Assembly: GCA_045589295.1 (NCBI GenBank)
Contig: JAZNOU010000012.1
Span: 32,001 to 96,000, forward strand
From: Clostridia bacterium
GTDB lineage: Bacteria > Bacillota > Clostridia > RGIG6154
DNA length: 64,000 nt
Reading direction: 5' to 3'
This document shows, piece after piece, positions 1 through 10,385 of the stretch. The position numbers and the translations under genes are program-made. Within the stretch, counting starts at the first letter, position 1. Each line of letters opens with the position of its first letter. The notes below the pieces were generated by a model. That model did no database searches, was not told the DNA's origin, and saw only the letters and a list, made by a program, of their open reading frames with translations.

Positions 1-3
1 ATG

Positions 4-80
4 AAGTAGTTAGGAAACATCTTCCTAACTACTTTTTAACATCTTTTATAATACTTTCAAACAACTATTTAACAACTTTT
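4..80. repeat. Array of six 11-bp-period AACATCTT-like units plus a palindrome at 4-34
   Basis: Units at 16, 27, 38, 49, 60, 71 (AACATCTT, AACTACTT, AACATCTT, TAATACTT, AACAACTA, AACAACTT); AAGTAGTTAGGAA-N5-TTCCTAACTACTT. Confidence 0.8.
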
Positions 81-83
81 TGG

Positions 84-1211
84 TTACTTTATAGCATATT
101 CTTCACTCAGAAGATTAGGAATATCATGTCTTTTGGATAAGCTGAATTCGGTGGTTGCCTTTGCAAGTACTTCTTCTGGTGACAATTTGAAAAATGGTAA
201 GTTTTTTAAATTAATTTCTGCAGTAACATCTCCACTTAACCCACAAGCAGTAATAAAATGTTTATTGTTTCTAAGTTCTTTTTGTAACGTAGGATTTATA
301 AAAACATTTTCAATGTATGAAAAAATAATATAGTTAATAGCAGAAAGTTTATCTTCAGGAGATAGCTTCTGAAATTGTTTATAGAATCGTTTGTATCTGT
401 TTTCATTATCCTTTGCAAATAATATAACAACACTTGTTTTTTCTAATGGAAAAACTGCTACGTGAATATCTTTTGTCTTATATTCCGAAGATAATGAATA
501 TATATCATTTACTACATTGCCTTCAAAATCTCCTATGAGTGTTATTGCAGATTGAGCGGCATAAGGAACAACATAATCAAGTGTTTTGTAATAGTATACG
601 TGGTAGTATTTGTCTCTTGCTTTTTTGATAGCTTTTTGTGCATATTCAAATTCTGAAAGATATCCGGCTAAATCCAGATTTTCGATAAGTATTTGTTCAT
701 CGGTATAGTCCTTATGATAAGGAAATTGTTTTTCAAGTATTTTGTACGTTTCTATTCCTTCAAGTTTTTTATAAATCATTAACAAATAGTTTTTTAATGC
801 AATTTGTGCAAGCATTTTATTAGTAGGGAAATTGGAATAAGATTGTGGATTTTCATAGTCCTGAAAACTTTCGTTATCACAATTATTGCAAATTATATGG
901 AATGTGCCGGTTTTGTTAATTCCTATGCATTTTACATTGAAAGGTTCTTTGTTTTGTAATGCTGATGAAACCATACCGTTTTCTGCAATTCGTAGAAGTG
1001 CAAATTTGGGTACAGAATGAGAATTGCAAAAACTGGAGCATTCTTTTTTGCATAATAAACAATGAGAAGGCTTGGCATTACGATGTGCTTCAGAAAAAAT
1101 TCTATTTGTATTTTTATTAAATTCAATTTGTTCTGAGGTTAATTTTTCGTTATAAGTTGTTTCAAAATCTGCCAGTTTTACCATCTCGAAATTGTGCTTG
1201 AATTTATTCAT
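84..1211 (-). CDS. Hypothetical protein with CxxC...NSHSVP...CxxCD Zn/HNH-like N-terminus
   Basis: ORF track 84..1253; likely start MNKFK at 1211; motifs CLLC, NSHSVP, CNNCD. Confidence 0.6.
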   Translation of the reverse strand: MNKFKHNFEMVKLADFETTYNEKLTSEQIEFNKNTNRIFSEAHRNAKPSHCLLCKKECSSFCNSHSVPKFALLRIAENGMVSSALQNKEPFNVKCIGINKTGTFHIICNNCDNESFQDYENPQSYSNFPTNKMLAQIALKNYLLMIYKKLEGIETYKILEKQFPYHKDYTDEQILIENLDLAGYLSEFEYAQKAIKKARDKYYHVYYYKTLDYVVPYAAQSAITLIGDFEGNVVNDIYSLSSEYKTKDIHVAVFPLEKTSVVILFAKDNENRYKRFYKQFQKLSPEDKLSAINYIIFSYIENVFINPTLQKELRNNKHFITACGLSGDVTAEINLKNLPFFKLSPEEVLAKATTEFSLSKRHDIPNLLSEEYAIK

Positions 1212-1227
1212 ATTGTATCCTCGTATT

Positions 1228-2352
1228 TTAATACATCTTTCTGATGTTATCAATGTATTCGGTGAACTTGTCTTTTACACTTTGTGGTTCAAGAATTTTC
1301 ACTTGTTTGCCGAACCCCAATAGCCAACCGAAGAACTGATTACTAACTTCAAGTTTTGTAATAACTGTAAAATGTCTGTCATCATTCTTGGAATAAGAAA
1401 CATCTTTTGTGCCGAAGCGGTCAATGGCAGTATCTAACAGATTGTTTGTAAATTGTAGTGTCAACATTTTTTCTTCACCACTAAACATTGAAAAAACTTT
1501 TTTGGTATAGTTCTTTATGTCAATTTTTAAAAATTCTTCTTCGCCTTCTCTTTTTTCGCCAAAAAGTTCAACATTTTTCATTCGGTCAATTCTATAATTT
1601 ATGAATTTCTTCTTTTTATCATCAAAGGCAAGCACATAATAATATCCATCATTTATAAGTAAGGCAAACGGACTTGCAATATATGAATCACCATGTCTGC
1701 GCTCTACTTGTTTTTTTGTATCGTTAAGTGTGTATTTCAAATAATTAAAACGAATTTTTTCAGGAATATGTTTTTCACCTTCAATTTCTTTACTCATGGC
1801 TTGGTTTATTGTTAAAATGCTATTTAAACCCTCGACATTGTTCGTTCTGACTCTGTCTACCAGAAGAACATCGTGTTTGATTTTCTCGGCTTGTCTTTTA
1901 TTTAGATTTCTACAAACTATATCAATAAGAAAATCTGTCTGTCCTTTATCAAGAAATTTGGCTGAATAAACGCACTCTGCCAAAAGTCGAATATCATTTT
2001 CTTCGTAATTGCGAGGTCGTGCATAGAAACCTTTTTTGCTTTTGTTGTATAAGAGCAATTTATCATTGTCGTATTTATCATTTTCAAGGATGTCTGCCGA
2101 TTCCGTTATGTTGCACCCTTGCTCCAGCATTATAATCGCTTTATTGATTTCTTCTATATCACGATAAATAGAACGGCGTTCGGCATATATGCCTTTTTTA
2201 TCTAATTCTGCTACTATATCATCTGCTTTTTTGGGATGTTGTTCATCAGAATTTTCAAGTAAATATTGCATAACGAGATAAGGCTTCATCTTCTGATGAT
2301 GTTGCCTACCGTGATTTAATTCCGGATGTTTCTTTTCTTTTTTGTCTTTCAT
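1228..2352 (-). CDS. WYL-domain transcriptional regulator (HTH-WYL-WCX)
   Basis: N-terminal ERRSIYRDIEEI helix; SPFALLINDGYYYVLA and YRIDRM; C-terminal FFGWLLGFG..VKILEP. Confidence 0.9.
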   Translation of the reverse strand: MKDKKEKKHPELNHGRQHHQKMKPYLVMQYLLENSDEQHPKKADDIVAELDKKGIYAERRSIYRDIEEINKAIIMLEQGCNITESADILENDKYDNDKLLLYNKSKKGFYARPRNYEENDIRLLAECVYSAKFLDKGQTDFLIDIVCRNLNKRQAEKIKHDVLLVDRVRTNNVEGLNSILTINQAMSKEIEGEKHIPEKIRFNYLKYTLNDTKKQVERRHGDSYIASPFALLINDGYYYVLAFDDKKKKFINYRIDRMKNVELFGEKREGEEEFLKIDIKNYTKKVFSMFSGEEKMLTLQFTNNLLDTAIDRFGTKDVSYSKNDDRHFTVITKLEVSNQFFGWLLGFGKQVKILEPQSVKDKFTEYIDNIRKMY

Positions 2353-2369
2353 AATGTCTGTCCTTCCCG

Positions 2370-2699
2370 CTATTTCAACGATTCTAAATAAACAGAAAGT
2401 AATTTTAATGCAGTTTCCTTATCTTTTGAAGAACACAAATTTAATCGTTCCCATAATTCTTGTTGTTTTGCATAAATTGAAGAATCATCTGTTGTCAAAA
2501 TTTCATCTGGTGTAATATGCAAAACATTACAAATCTTTAAAACGGTTTCAATGCGCATATTAACACTTCCACGTTCTATGTCTGCGTATGTCCTTGTAGA
2601 TAATTCTGCCGCCTCTGCAACCTCTGCTTGTGTTAACCCCATTCTTTTACGAATAGAAAACAGTCTATCTCCAATAGTAGAAAAATTAAAAATAAGCAC
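2370..2699 (-). CDS. XRE-family HTH regulator
   Basis: IRKRMGLTQAEVAEAAELSTRTYADIERG. Confidence 0.9.
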   Translation of the reverse strand: MLIFNFSTIGDRLFSIRKRMGLTQAEVAEAAELSTRTYADIERGSVNMRIETVLKICNVLHITPDEILTTDDSSIYAKQQELWERLNLCSSKDKETALKLLSVYLESLK

Positions 2700-2817
2700 T
2701 TTAACTCCTCCTTTTACCTTATAATATGAATTATATCTCCTGTTTTTATTGACTTAAAGGAAGAAAAGGTGTATAATTGTAAGAAGAATAGTTCCTAACA
2801 AGTGATGGGGTGATAAA

Positions 2818-3033
2818 ATGTTAAAATTGAAGTATGCAACTAATGGTGCACAATTTCAGAAAGAGGCAAAAAAGTATGTGATAAATATGCTTGGGAATAA
2901 GCAAAAATTACATAAAAAGAACTGTTGTCAATATTCGAAATGTTATGATAAATATTATGATTTTGACACTTTGGAAGAAGTAAATAAATGTGGAATCGAA
3001 TTCACAAAATGCAAATTATGTTTTAAGGAGTGA
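2818..3033 (+). CDS. Small Cys-rich hypothetical protein (Ada metal-binding-like)
   Basis: KLHKKNCC...CKLC; consensus-like promoter TTGACT..TATAAT upstream. Confidence 0.55.
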   Translation: MLKLKYATNGAQFQKEAKKYVINMLGNKQKLHKKNCCQYSKCYDKYYDFDTLEEVNKCGIEFTKCKLCFKE

Positions 3034-3040
3034 ACACATT

Positions 3041-6000
3041 ATGAAAAAGAAAATTTTGTTAACAGTTATAGTGATTATGTTAAGTTTAATCGTCTTTGGT
3101 GCAATTAGTGCATCAGCGGCAACAACGGTGAATGTTTCAACAGTTTCTGAATTGCAGTCTGCACATCCGTATTCAAGTAATATGGATACAACTTGGGTAT
3201 ATACTTATCCAACAGAGGCAGATAGTTTGGAAATTACATTTTCAAGTGATACTGCAACGGAGAGTAATTATGACTGGATTTATATACTTGACGGCGATGG
3301 GAATCAAATTGAAAAACAATCAGGAACAACTCTTGCAGGAAAAACTGTGACAGTACCGGGAAATATTGTTAAAATTCGTTTGACATCGGATGGAAGTGTT
3401 ACGAAAAACGGTTTTACAGTAACGAATATTGAGGCTATTTCCAGCATATCCGGTACTGTTTACGTGTCATCTGTTGACCAATTTCAGTCTGCTCACAGTT
3501 ATGCAAATAATATGGATAAGACATGGGTGTATACTCATCCTACTACAGCAGAGAACCTTTCTGTAACATTTTCAAGCGATACGGAAACCGAAAATAATTA
3601 TGACTATATTTACATACTTGACGGCAATGACAATCAAATAGGAAAATACAGCGGGACTTCTCTTACAGGTAAAACTGTAACAGTACCGGGAAATGTTGTA
3701 AAAATTCGTTTAACCTCAGATAGTAGTCAAACAAGATATGGTTTTCGGATAACAAATATTGTTACAACTGGTTCTTCATCATCTTCAAATGAAGAAACTT
3801 ATCAAGCTGCAACCTACAGAAATGGATATTACGAAATAGCTAATGCAAGTCAATTGTATTGGTTTGCGCAGCAGGTTAATTCAGGTAGAACTTCAATAAA
3901 CGGAAAATTAGTTGCTAATATTGTAGTTAATGAGGGTAATGTATACGGAAGTTCCCGAGATTACGAGGTAACATCATACAAAAAATGGAAATCAATAGGC
4001 AGTTCAGACAAACCATATTCGGGAATTTTTAACGGCAATAACTATACCATCAGCGGGCTATATTTTTACTGTGCAAATACTACTGCAGCAAGCGAATACG
4101 GAAGATGCGGAAGTATGTTCTATAAAATTACAGGAACAATTTATGATTTGAACATCGAAAATTCATATTTCTATCATTACAACGATGGTGCTGCAATTTG
4201 TGCATTTAATTCAGGCATAATTAAAAACTGCTATGTAAAAGCACGTGTTCAAGCTCATAACAGATTAGGAATAGTCTATCAGAATGACGAAAAAATTATA
4301 GATTGTGATTTCGATGGAGATTTATTAGGTGTAGGGGCTACCGGTGGTGCAGTCGGAGGAATTTGCAATAACAATAACGGAGAAATAATAAATTGTACAA
4401 ATACCGGAGATATTTTGGATGGTGGCGGTATCTGTCGATATAACGAAGGAACCGTTCAGAATTGTTATAATTATGGTGATATAATAAATGGTTCAGGTTC
4501 TTATTTGGGTGGTATTTGTGCTCATAATTATGGGACAATAACAGGATGCACTAACGAAGGAAAAATCAGCACGTCTCAGTTAACCTCTTACAGTTATGCC
4601 GGAGGCATTTGCGGAGAAAACTCAGGAGCAATTGAACGTTGCGCAAACCTTGCTGATATTTCTTATTATAAAGGATATGTTGGTGGTATTTGCGGGCAGA
4701 ATAAAGGAGACGGGCTTGGAGCAAATGTGATAAAAGACTGTTATAATATTGGTCGTGTAGAGGCTTCCTCACCATACGGTTGTGGTGGTATCGTTGGTAG
4801 AAACTATGCAAATGTTATCGGATGTTATCATAGGACAGGAAATATTTATATTACAAGCCAAAGTAATACAGGCACTATCTGTGGTGTCAATGGTTATAAT
4901 ACAAACGCAGATGGTTACAAAGGTGTTATCAGAAACTGTATTGATTTTTGGTACTATAGCGGCTATCAGATTGGAACTTCCGAATCGGGTTCTGTTTCTA
5001 AATACGTATACCCATCAAATCAATTATATGGTACAAACGCAGCATATTTCTTGAACGAGTTTTCTTCGCTGGGTGTAGTTAATTGGCGTCAAAATATAGA
5101 TAACGGACAGACTGTTGATTCATATCCGGTTCTCGATTCTTCTCATGGAATAGTATACAGCAATAATAGCAACACTCAGTCAGCAAGCGCTTTGCCTGAC
5201 AATTTAATTGCTCGAGGAGGTAATGCATATATTTCTTGGTCTTTGGATAAAAACGGATTATTAACTGTTACATTATCTCAAACAAGTACATCAGGATATT
5301 ATGCTTATGAAGCTCCGTGGTATCCTTATCGTGATCAAATCTTAACTGTTAAAGTTAAAGGTGACAACACTAGAGTGTGGGATTACGCATTCTTCAACTG
5401 TACTAACCTAAAAAGTGTGCAGCTTTCAAGCAATATACAAATAGTCGGTGAAAGAGCTTTTGCAAATTGTACCAGTTTAAAATCAATCTATATCAGCAAT
5501 GGTACCTATCAATGTTTCATTGAGGACTATGCTTTTTATAATTGTACATCATTAAAAGAAGCTTCGTTTTCCATTTATACTAAAGTAGGTAAACATGCTT
5601 TTGATGGCTGTACCGATTTGGATGCCATTTATATTAACTCTATTGGTTCTAATGGTGATATTATAGAGGAAGATTACGCTTTTGATGACGTAGTTGCTAC
5701 AGTATATTATCCACGCTCAACCTATATGTACGCACTACCCGATGATTTTTCAGGTGATCTTACTTTACAAAGTGCTGATAACGGAATGTGTGGAAGTGAC
5801 GTTAAGTGGCGATTTGATTCAGCTACAGGAACACTAACTCTTTCAGGAAGCGGAAGCACTACAGTTTATTCATCCGGAACGAATGTCCCTTGGGGAAGGT
5901 TCAATGGATCTGTTTCAAAAATTGTTGTAGAAGAAGGCATAACTGAACTGCCAAGTTATATTTTTGAGTACTGCTCTTCAGCAGAAGAAATCATTTTGCC

Positions 6001-8539
6001 CAATACCTTGAAAAACTTAGCATTTAATGCGTTTAACGACTGTGAAAAACTTAAAAATCTTTTGATTCCATCATCGTTAGAAAACTTTACTGATGGCATA
6101 TACGGATTTAACAGATGTGGTAGCCTTACAGATGTTTATTATGTTGGAACAAAAGAAGAATTTAAACAAATTCCAAATTACTACTATGCAACATACAACA
6201 GACAAACGCTCCATTTCCTTGTATGGAATGAACCGTCTGCGACTTGCACAGAAGCAGGCGTTGAGGGATATTATTCCTTTGATGATATTTCTGTATACAA
6301 TACCAAGTATGATATAAACAAAAATGTGAAGACTTATTTAAATTCTGTTCCCGCAACAGGTCATAATATTGTGTGGATGGAAGAAATCCCTGCAAACTGT
6401 CATGAAACAGGAAAAAAAGAACGTTGGGAATGTGAGAACTGCGGAACGATTTATACGGATAAATCCAGCGCAACCGAAAGAACAGACGCAATTATAGAAA
6501 TCAATCCGAATAATCATCACGGAGAAACAGAATTAAGAGATGCAACTGACGGATTTACCGGAAATACGTATTGCCTTGGATGTGAACAAATAATCAGCAG
6601 CGGCGAAAACATCTATAAAATCAAGGTATCAGGAACGGAATTAGCAGTTGTTGGTTCAACCGAAATCTTAAAAACTGTAGAAGTAGGAACTGATAAGAAT
6701 GTAAATGCTTTATATTGCCTCATCAAATATCCTGATGCTTTAACATTAAAATCTATAACAGCAAAGGATTTTGCTTATGCAGAATTAGAAGATGAATACA
6801 CAGAAGATGGATTTACAACTGCAGTTATTTTAGCACAGTATTCTGATACAGAATTGATTCCTAAAAATGTTGTTCATACTCCTTTGGAATTAACATTTGA
6901 TGTTTCCAAATCAGCAGTTCCAGGAATTGTTCAAATTGAAGTAACCGAAGAATCTTGTTTGATCGGAAATGATACATATTTCTTTGGGGAGAGAATTCCG
7001 GGAACACTTGAAATTCTACCAAAGCTTGCAGAGAGTATCGAAATATCAGGTGAAGATGTTATTTCTTCCGAGGCAACATATAATGCGATTGTAAGTCCTG
7101 ATTACACAACAGATAAATCAATTGAATGGTCTGTAAATGACGAAACAATCGCAACAGTTTCAGAAGATGGTGTTGTAACACCTGTTACAAGTGGTACATT
7201 TACTTTAACAGCGACTGCAAAAGACGGAAGCGGTGTTTCTGCATCGAAAATAATTACTGTAACCAGAGGTGTTACAAGTATTGAAATTGTAGGAGCTGAC
7301 AGTATTACAGAAGCGACTACATATTCTGCAAATATTACACCTGACTATGCTACCAACAAAGAAGTGGAATGGTCAATCAGTAATACAGAAATTGCAATTG
7401 TTTATGATAACGGTGTGGTAACACCTATAACAAGTGGTTTAGTAACGATAACTGTTACGGCAAAGGATGGAAGTGGAGTTTCTGCATCAAAAGAGATTAA
7501 TATTATCAAGCTTGCGGAAAGTATTGAGATTACGGGTGAAGATAGTATTTCATCACCTGCACAGTACACAGCAATTGTATCACCTGATTATACATCTGAC
7601 AAAGAAGTTAGTTGGTCGGTTGATAATGAAGCAATTGCAACAGTTGACGAACTTGGTATTGTAACACCTTTAACAAGTGGTAATATAATCCTTACTGCAA
7701 TAGCAAAAGACGGTAGCGGTGTATATGCAACCAAAACAATTGAAATTGTAAAATTTGCAGAAAGTATTGAAATTGTCGGCAATGAAGAAATTACCGAACC
7801 ATCACAATACAGTGTAGTAATTCTTCCTGAATATACTACAAACAAAAATGCAGAGTGGTCTGTAAGTGATGAATCAATAGCAACTGTTGATGAAAACGGA
7901 CTTGTAACACCTCTTAAAAACGGCAAAATAGTTCTGACTGCAAAAGCAGAGGATGCAAGCGGAATTGAAACCACAAAGTCAATTGTTATTACCGTTAGTG
8001 TAAGAGCAAATTCCATTACCTCGGATGTTGGCGTATGGGACAAAAATTTTGATTCAGATATAACAGAGTATACAATTTCTGTACCTTCAGAAACATCTGC
8101 TATTTATCTGACTTCAAGCTTTACAAATGCGACTGCAAAGGTAAACGGAAGTGTTGCGGTAAATGGCGTTCGCAAAAAGGTTTCTTTAACAGGAACAGAA
8201 ACAGAAATTGAAATTGTATTATCACCAACATCAGGAAACAACTTAAATTCAAACACATACAAAATTACTGTAGCTTGTGGTTCGTATACAAAGACAATAG
8301 TTTCAGAAGATGGTAAATCATTCATTATTACACCTGTTAATATTGAAAATGGTAAAACTGTAATTCTTGCTTTGTATGACGGACAGAAACTTGTAGAAAT
8401 AAAACAAGCAATTTATCAAGGTGAAGAAATTCACTTTGCAACATCAAAGACCTATGACAAAGCAAAAATCTTTGTATGGGAAGATTTGAAAACAATGATT
8501 CCGCTGTGCGAAGAAAAAGAAATTTTGTTGAATAATTAA
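3041..8539 (+). CDS. Large secreted/surface protein: 2x CUB, GLUG repeats, BspA-type leucine-rich repeats, cohesin-like, 4x Big_2 Ig, cadherin-like
   Basis: Signal peptide MKKKILL..ASA; duplicated SxHxYxNNMDxTWVYT/IRLTSD; GGICGxN repeats; AFxNCTSLKSI; PDYTTDKSIEWSVNDETIATV x4. Confidence 0.9.
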   Translation: MKKKILLTVIVIMLSLIVFGAISASAATTVNVSTVSELQSAHPYSSNMDTTWVYTYPTEADSLEITFSSDTATESNYDWIYILDGDGNQIEKQSGTTLAGKTVTVPGNIVKIRLTSDGSVTKNGFTVTNIEAISSISGTVYVSSVDQFQSAHSYANNMDKTWVYTHPTTAENLSVTFSSDTETENNYDYIYILDGNDNQIGKYSGTSLTGKTVTVPGNVVKIRLTSDSSQTRYGFRITNIVTTGSSSSSNEETYQAATYRNGYYEIANASQLYWFAQQVNSGRTSINGKLVANIVVNEGNVYGSSRDYEVTSYKKWKSIGSSDKPYSGIFNGNNYTISGLYFYCANTTAASEYGRCGSMFYKITGTIYDLNIENSYFYHYNDGAAICAFNSGIIKNCYVKARVQAHNRLGIVYQNDEKIIDCDFDGDLLGVGATGGAVGGICNNNNGEIINCTNTGDILDGGGICRYNEGTVQNCYNYGDIINGSGSYLGGICAHNYGTITGCTNEGKISTSQLTSYSYAGGICGENSGAIERCANLADISYYKGYVGGICGQNKGDGLGANVIKDCYNIGRVEASSPYGCGGIVGRNYANVIGCYHRTGNIYITSQSNTGTICGVNGYNTNADGYKGVIRNCIDFWYYSGYQIGTSESGSVSKYVYPSNQLYGTNAAYFLNEFSSLGVVNWRQNIDNGQTVDSYPVLDSSHGIVYSNNSNTQSASALPDNLIARGGNAYISWSLDKNGLLTVTLSQTSTSGYYAYEAPWYPYRDQILTVKVKGDNTRVWDYAFFNCTNLKSVQLSSNIQIVGERAFANCTSLKSIYISNGTYQCFIEDYAFYNCTSLKEASFSIYTKVGKHAFDGCTDLDAIYINSIGSNGDIIEEDYAFDDVVATVYYPRSTYMYALPDDFSGDLTLQSADNGMCGSDVKWRFDSATGTLTLSGSGSTTVYSSGTNVPWGRFNGSVSKIVVEEGITELPSYIFEYCSSAEEIILPNTLKNLAFNAFNDCEKLKNLLIPSSLENFTDGIYGFNRCGSLTDVYYVGTKEEFKQIPNYYYATYNRQTLHFLVWNEPSATCTEAGVEGYYSFDDISVYNTKYDINKNVKTYLNSVPATGHNIVWMEEIPANCHETGKKERWECENCGTIYTDKSSATERTDAIIEINPNNHHGETELRDATDGFTGNTYCLGCEQIISSGENIYKIKVSGTELAVVGSTEILKTVEVGTDKNVNALYCLIKYPDALTLKSITAKDFAYAELEDEYTEDGFTTAVILAQYSDTELIPKNVVHTPLELTFDVSKSAVPGIVQIEVTEESCLIGNDTYFFGERIPGTLEILPKLAESIEISGEDVISSEATYNAIVSPDYTTDKSIEWSVNDETIATVSEDGVVTPVTSGTFTLTATAKDGSGVSASKIITVTRGVTSIEIVGADSITEATTYSANITPDYATNKEVEWSISNTEIAIVYDNGVVTPITSGLVTITVTAKDGSGVSASKEINIIKLAESIEITGEDSISSPAQYTAIVSPDYTSDKEVSWSVDNEAIATVDELGIVTPLTSGNIILTAIAKDGSGVYATKTIEIVKFAESIEIVGNEEITEPSQYSVVILPEYTTNKNAEWSVSDESIATVDENGLVTPLKNGKIVLTAKAEDASGIETTKSIVITVSVRANSITSDVGVWDKNFDSDITEYTISVPSETSAIYLTSSFTNATAKVNGSVAVNGVRKKVSLTGTETEIEIVLSPTSGNNLNSNTYKITVACGSYTKTIVSEDGKSFIITPVNIENGKTVILALYDGQKLVEIKQAIYQGEEIHFATSKTYDKAKIFVWEDLKTMIPLCEEKEILLNN
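7030..7995 (+). repeat. Four tandem ~81-aa Big_2 domain repeats within the surface protein
   Basis: Repeated ESIEIxGED..YxAxVSPDYT.KxxEWS...GxVTP.TSG...AKDGSGV. Confidence 0.85.
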
Positions 8540-8550
8540 AAAACAAAATA

Positions 8551-8605
8551 AAGTCAGATTATTAACAGAAATTATTATAAAATATCAATGTTAATAGTCT
8601 GACTT
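8551..8605. terminator. Bidirectional terminator-like inverted repeat
   Basis: AAGTCAGATTATTAACA ... TGTTAATAGTCTGACTT between convergent genes. Confidence 0.6.
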
Positions 8606-8614
8606 AAATTTTAT

Positions 8615-9202
8615 CTATTTTTCCAAAAGAGAAACATATTTATAAACTGTGGTTCGGCTCATATCACATACGCGAGCAAGTTCTGAAACATTCAGTTTTC
8701 CAGATTTCAAAGACGGGTAATGCCGTAAAAAGATAGACGGTATATCTTCTTTAGTTGATTGCGGTCGCCCGATAATCGCTCCTTTTGCTCTGGCATTTGC
8801 CATACCGGAACGGACTCTGGCTCTTATCATTGCTAGTTCTAATTGGCTGAATACTCCTGCCATTTGTAGAAATGCTTCACTCATAGGATCGCATTTACCG
8901 AAGCGACAATCAAGAGTTATACTGCCAACAATCATAAGTCTTAATTTTTTATCGCGAATAATATCGATGATTTCACAAAGTTGCTTTGTACTTCTGGCAA
9001 GTCTGGGAACTTCAAGAGTGATAATTGTATCGCCCTCTTTTGCCACTTCGAACATTGCTTTCTGTTGGTCTTTAATTTTACTGTCGCCGTGTTCGTATTC
9101 AAGATATATTTCTTCTGCCCCTGCCCCTTTCAGTTCTCTGACTTGTCGGTTAATATCCTGCTTTGATTCGTTTGTGCTACATCTGGCATATCCGTAATTC
9201 AT
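8615..9202 (-). CDS. Small serine recombinase (resolvase/invertase)
   Basis: YGYARCST catalytic motif, RLARS, C-terminal HTH SELARVCDMSRTTVYKY. Confidence 0.95.
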   Translation of the reverse strand: MNYGYARCSTNESKQDINRQVRELKGAGAEEIYLEYEHGDSKIKDQQKAMFEVAKEGDTIITLEVPRLARSTKQLCEIIDIIRDKKLRLMIVGSITLDCRFGKCDPMSEAFLQMAGVFSQLELAMIRARVRSGMANARAKGAIIGRPQSTKEDIPSIFLRHYPSLKSGKLNVSELARVCDMSRTTVYKYVSLLEK

Positions 9203-9256
9203 AATTTATCCTTTCTACCGCTTCGCAAGGTTTCCCTCACGAAGCGGCTTTTATAT

Positions 9257-9535
9257 TTAACAAGAGATTGAAAATCTTCTGCTCGCACTCTGTTTTGTGA
9301 ATGCCTTGTAAAGTTCGCCGTACATTTTCTTAAAGTTTGTTGTGTCAAAACGATTACTTAATACGGAAGTCCAACGGATGATGTAACTGCCTGCAATAAG
9401 TTCTTCGGTTTCTCTTTCGAGCATTTCTTCTTTAATGCTATCGCGGATTGCTTCGGCTTCTGCCTTTGCTTGTTCCATAAGTTCTTCCCATTCGTTAAGT
9501 GCTTCGATTTTTGTGATAAGTTCTGATTTAGTCAT
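9257..9535 (-). CDS. Hypothetical protein (mobile-element associated)
   Basis: 92-aa ORF with RBS AAGGAG; FDTTNFKK motif. Confidence 0.7.
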   Translation of the reverse strand: MTKSELITKIEALNEWEELMEQAKAEAEAIRDSIKEEMLERETEELIAGSYIIRWTSVLSNRFDTTNFKKMYGELYKAFTKQSASRRFSISC

Positions 9536-9601
9536 TTTTAATTTCTCCTTTGGTTTGTTATTTATTTTAGGGTGTTTCCCTTGACTACATCTATATTATA
9601 A

Positions 9602-9700
9602 TACGAAAATCGTAATTTGTCAATACCTTTTTCGTAATTTATATTACTTTTTTAGAAATATTTTTTCGATTTATGTATTGATTTATTACGAAAGTCGTGA
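9602..9700. promoter_or_regulatory. Divergent promoters with TACGA-N3-TCGTA operators
   Basis: TACGAAAATCGTA (9602-9614), TTACGAAAGTCGTGA (9686-9700) overlapping both promoters. Confidence 0.6.
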
Positions 9701-9729
9701 TATAATACCAAAAGGAAGGATGTGTTATT

Positions 9730-9939
9730 ATGATTAAATTTAAAGTTAAAGTTATGCTTGCCATTCGCGAGATGAATCAAAAAGAACTTGCGAAAGAAAC
9801 CGGCATCAGACCTCCGACAATTTCGGCAATTTGTAATAATTCTGTTAAGCATTTGCCAGTAGATGGATTAAATAAGATTTGTAAGGCTCTTGACTGCCAG
9901 CCGGCAGACTTAATGGAATACATTCCGGACGAAGAATAG
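9730..9939 (+). CDS. Cro/C1-type HTH regulator
   Basis: MNQKELAKETGIRPPTISAI...ICKALDCQPADLMEY. Confidence 0.9.
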   Translation: MIKFKVKVMLAIREMNQKELAKETGIRPPTISAICNNSVKHLPVDGLNKICKALDCQPADLMEYIPDEE

Positions 9940-10247
9940 GGTGTATAATAAAACATCTGTTTTCGTGAACGGTTTTCCGCACATACCAAATGCCAAAAGT
10001 GAGACGAAAAACGGCGTGTTTTTGTTCAGGTAATTGCCGTCACCCTTTCGCGAACATAGGGGGGTAGTCTTTCGTGAAGAAAATTTTTTCAAAGGTGCTT
10101 GAGGTTTTTGGGTGGCTCATTTAATTATGGAATGATATTTTGATTTGGAATTACGATTATTATGTTCGTTTGCGTTAGAATATTTTTGCGACTCTGACGG
10201 CAATAAACGACAAAAACGGCAAGCAGTTATCAAAAACTACTTGCCGT

Positions 10248-10385
10248 TTATTTGAAATCTTTTAAAATTTCATCGAGTGCCATATCAAGTGCCGTTTTCA
10301 GGCTCTTTTGCATAATGCTGAACAACTCCTACTCTAATACTGATTTTTTCTTTTTCTTCTGGTCTTTCTTTTTATTATATCTCAT
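10248..10385 (-). pseudogene. Small gene with in-frame amber stop at codon 19
   Basis: MRYNKKKDQKKKKKSVLE*ELFSIMQKSLKTALDMALDEILKDFK*; ATGA overlap with upstream ORF. Confidence 0.5.

Noticed and set aside
4-80. Possible CRISPR array
   Set aside because: Degenerate 11-bp period with no spacers and no cas genes; no CRISPR array seen anywhere in the window
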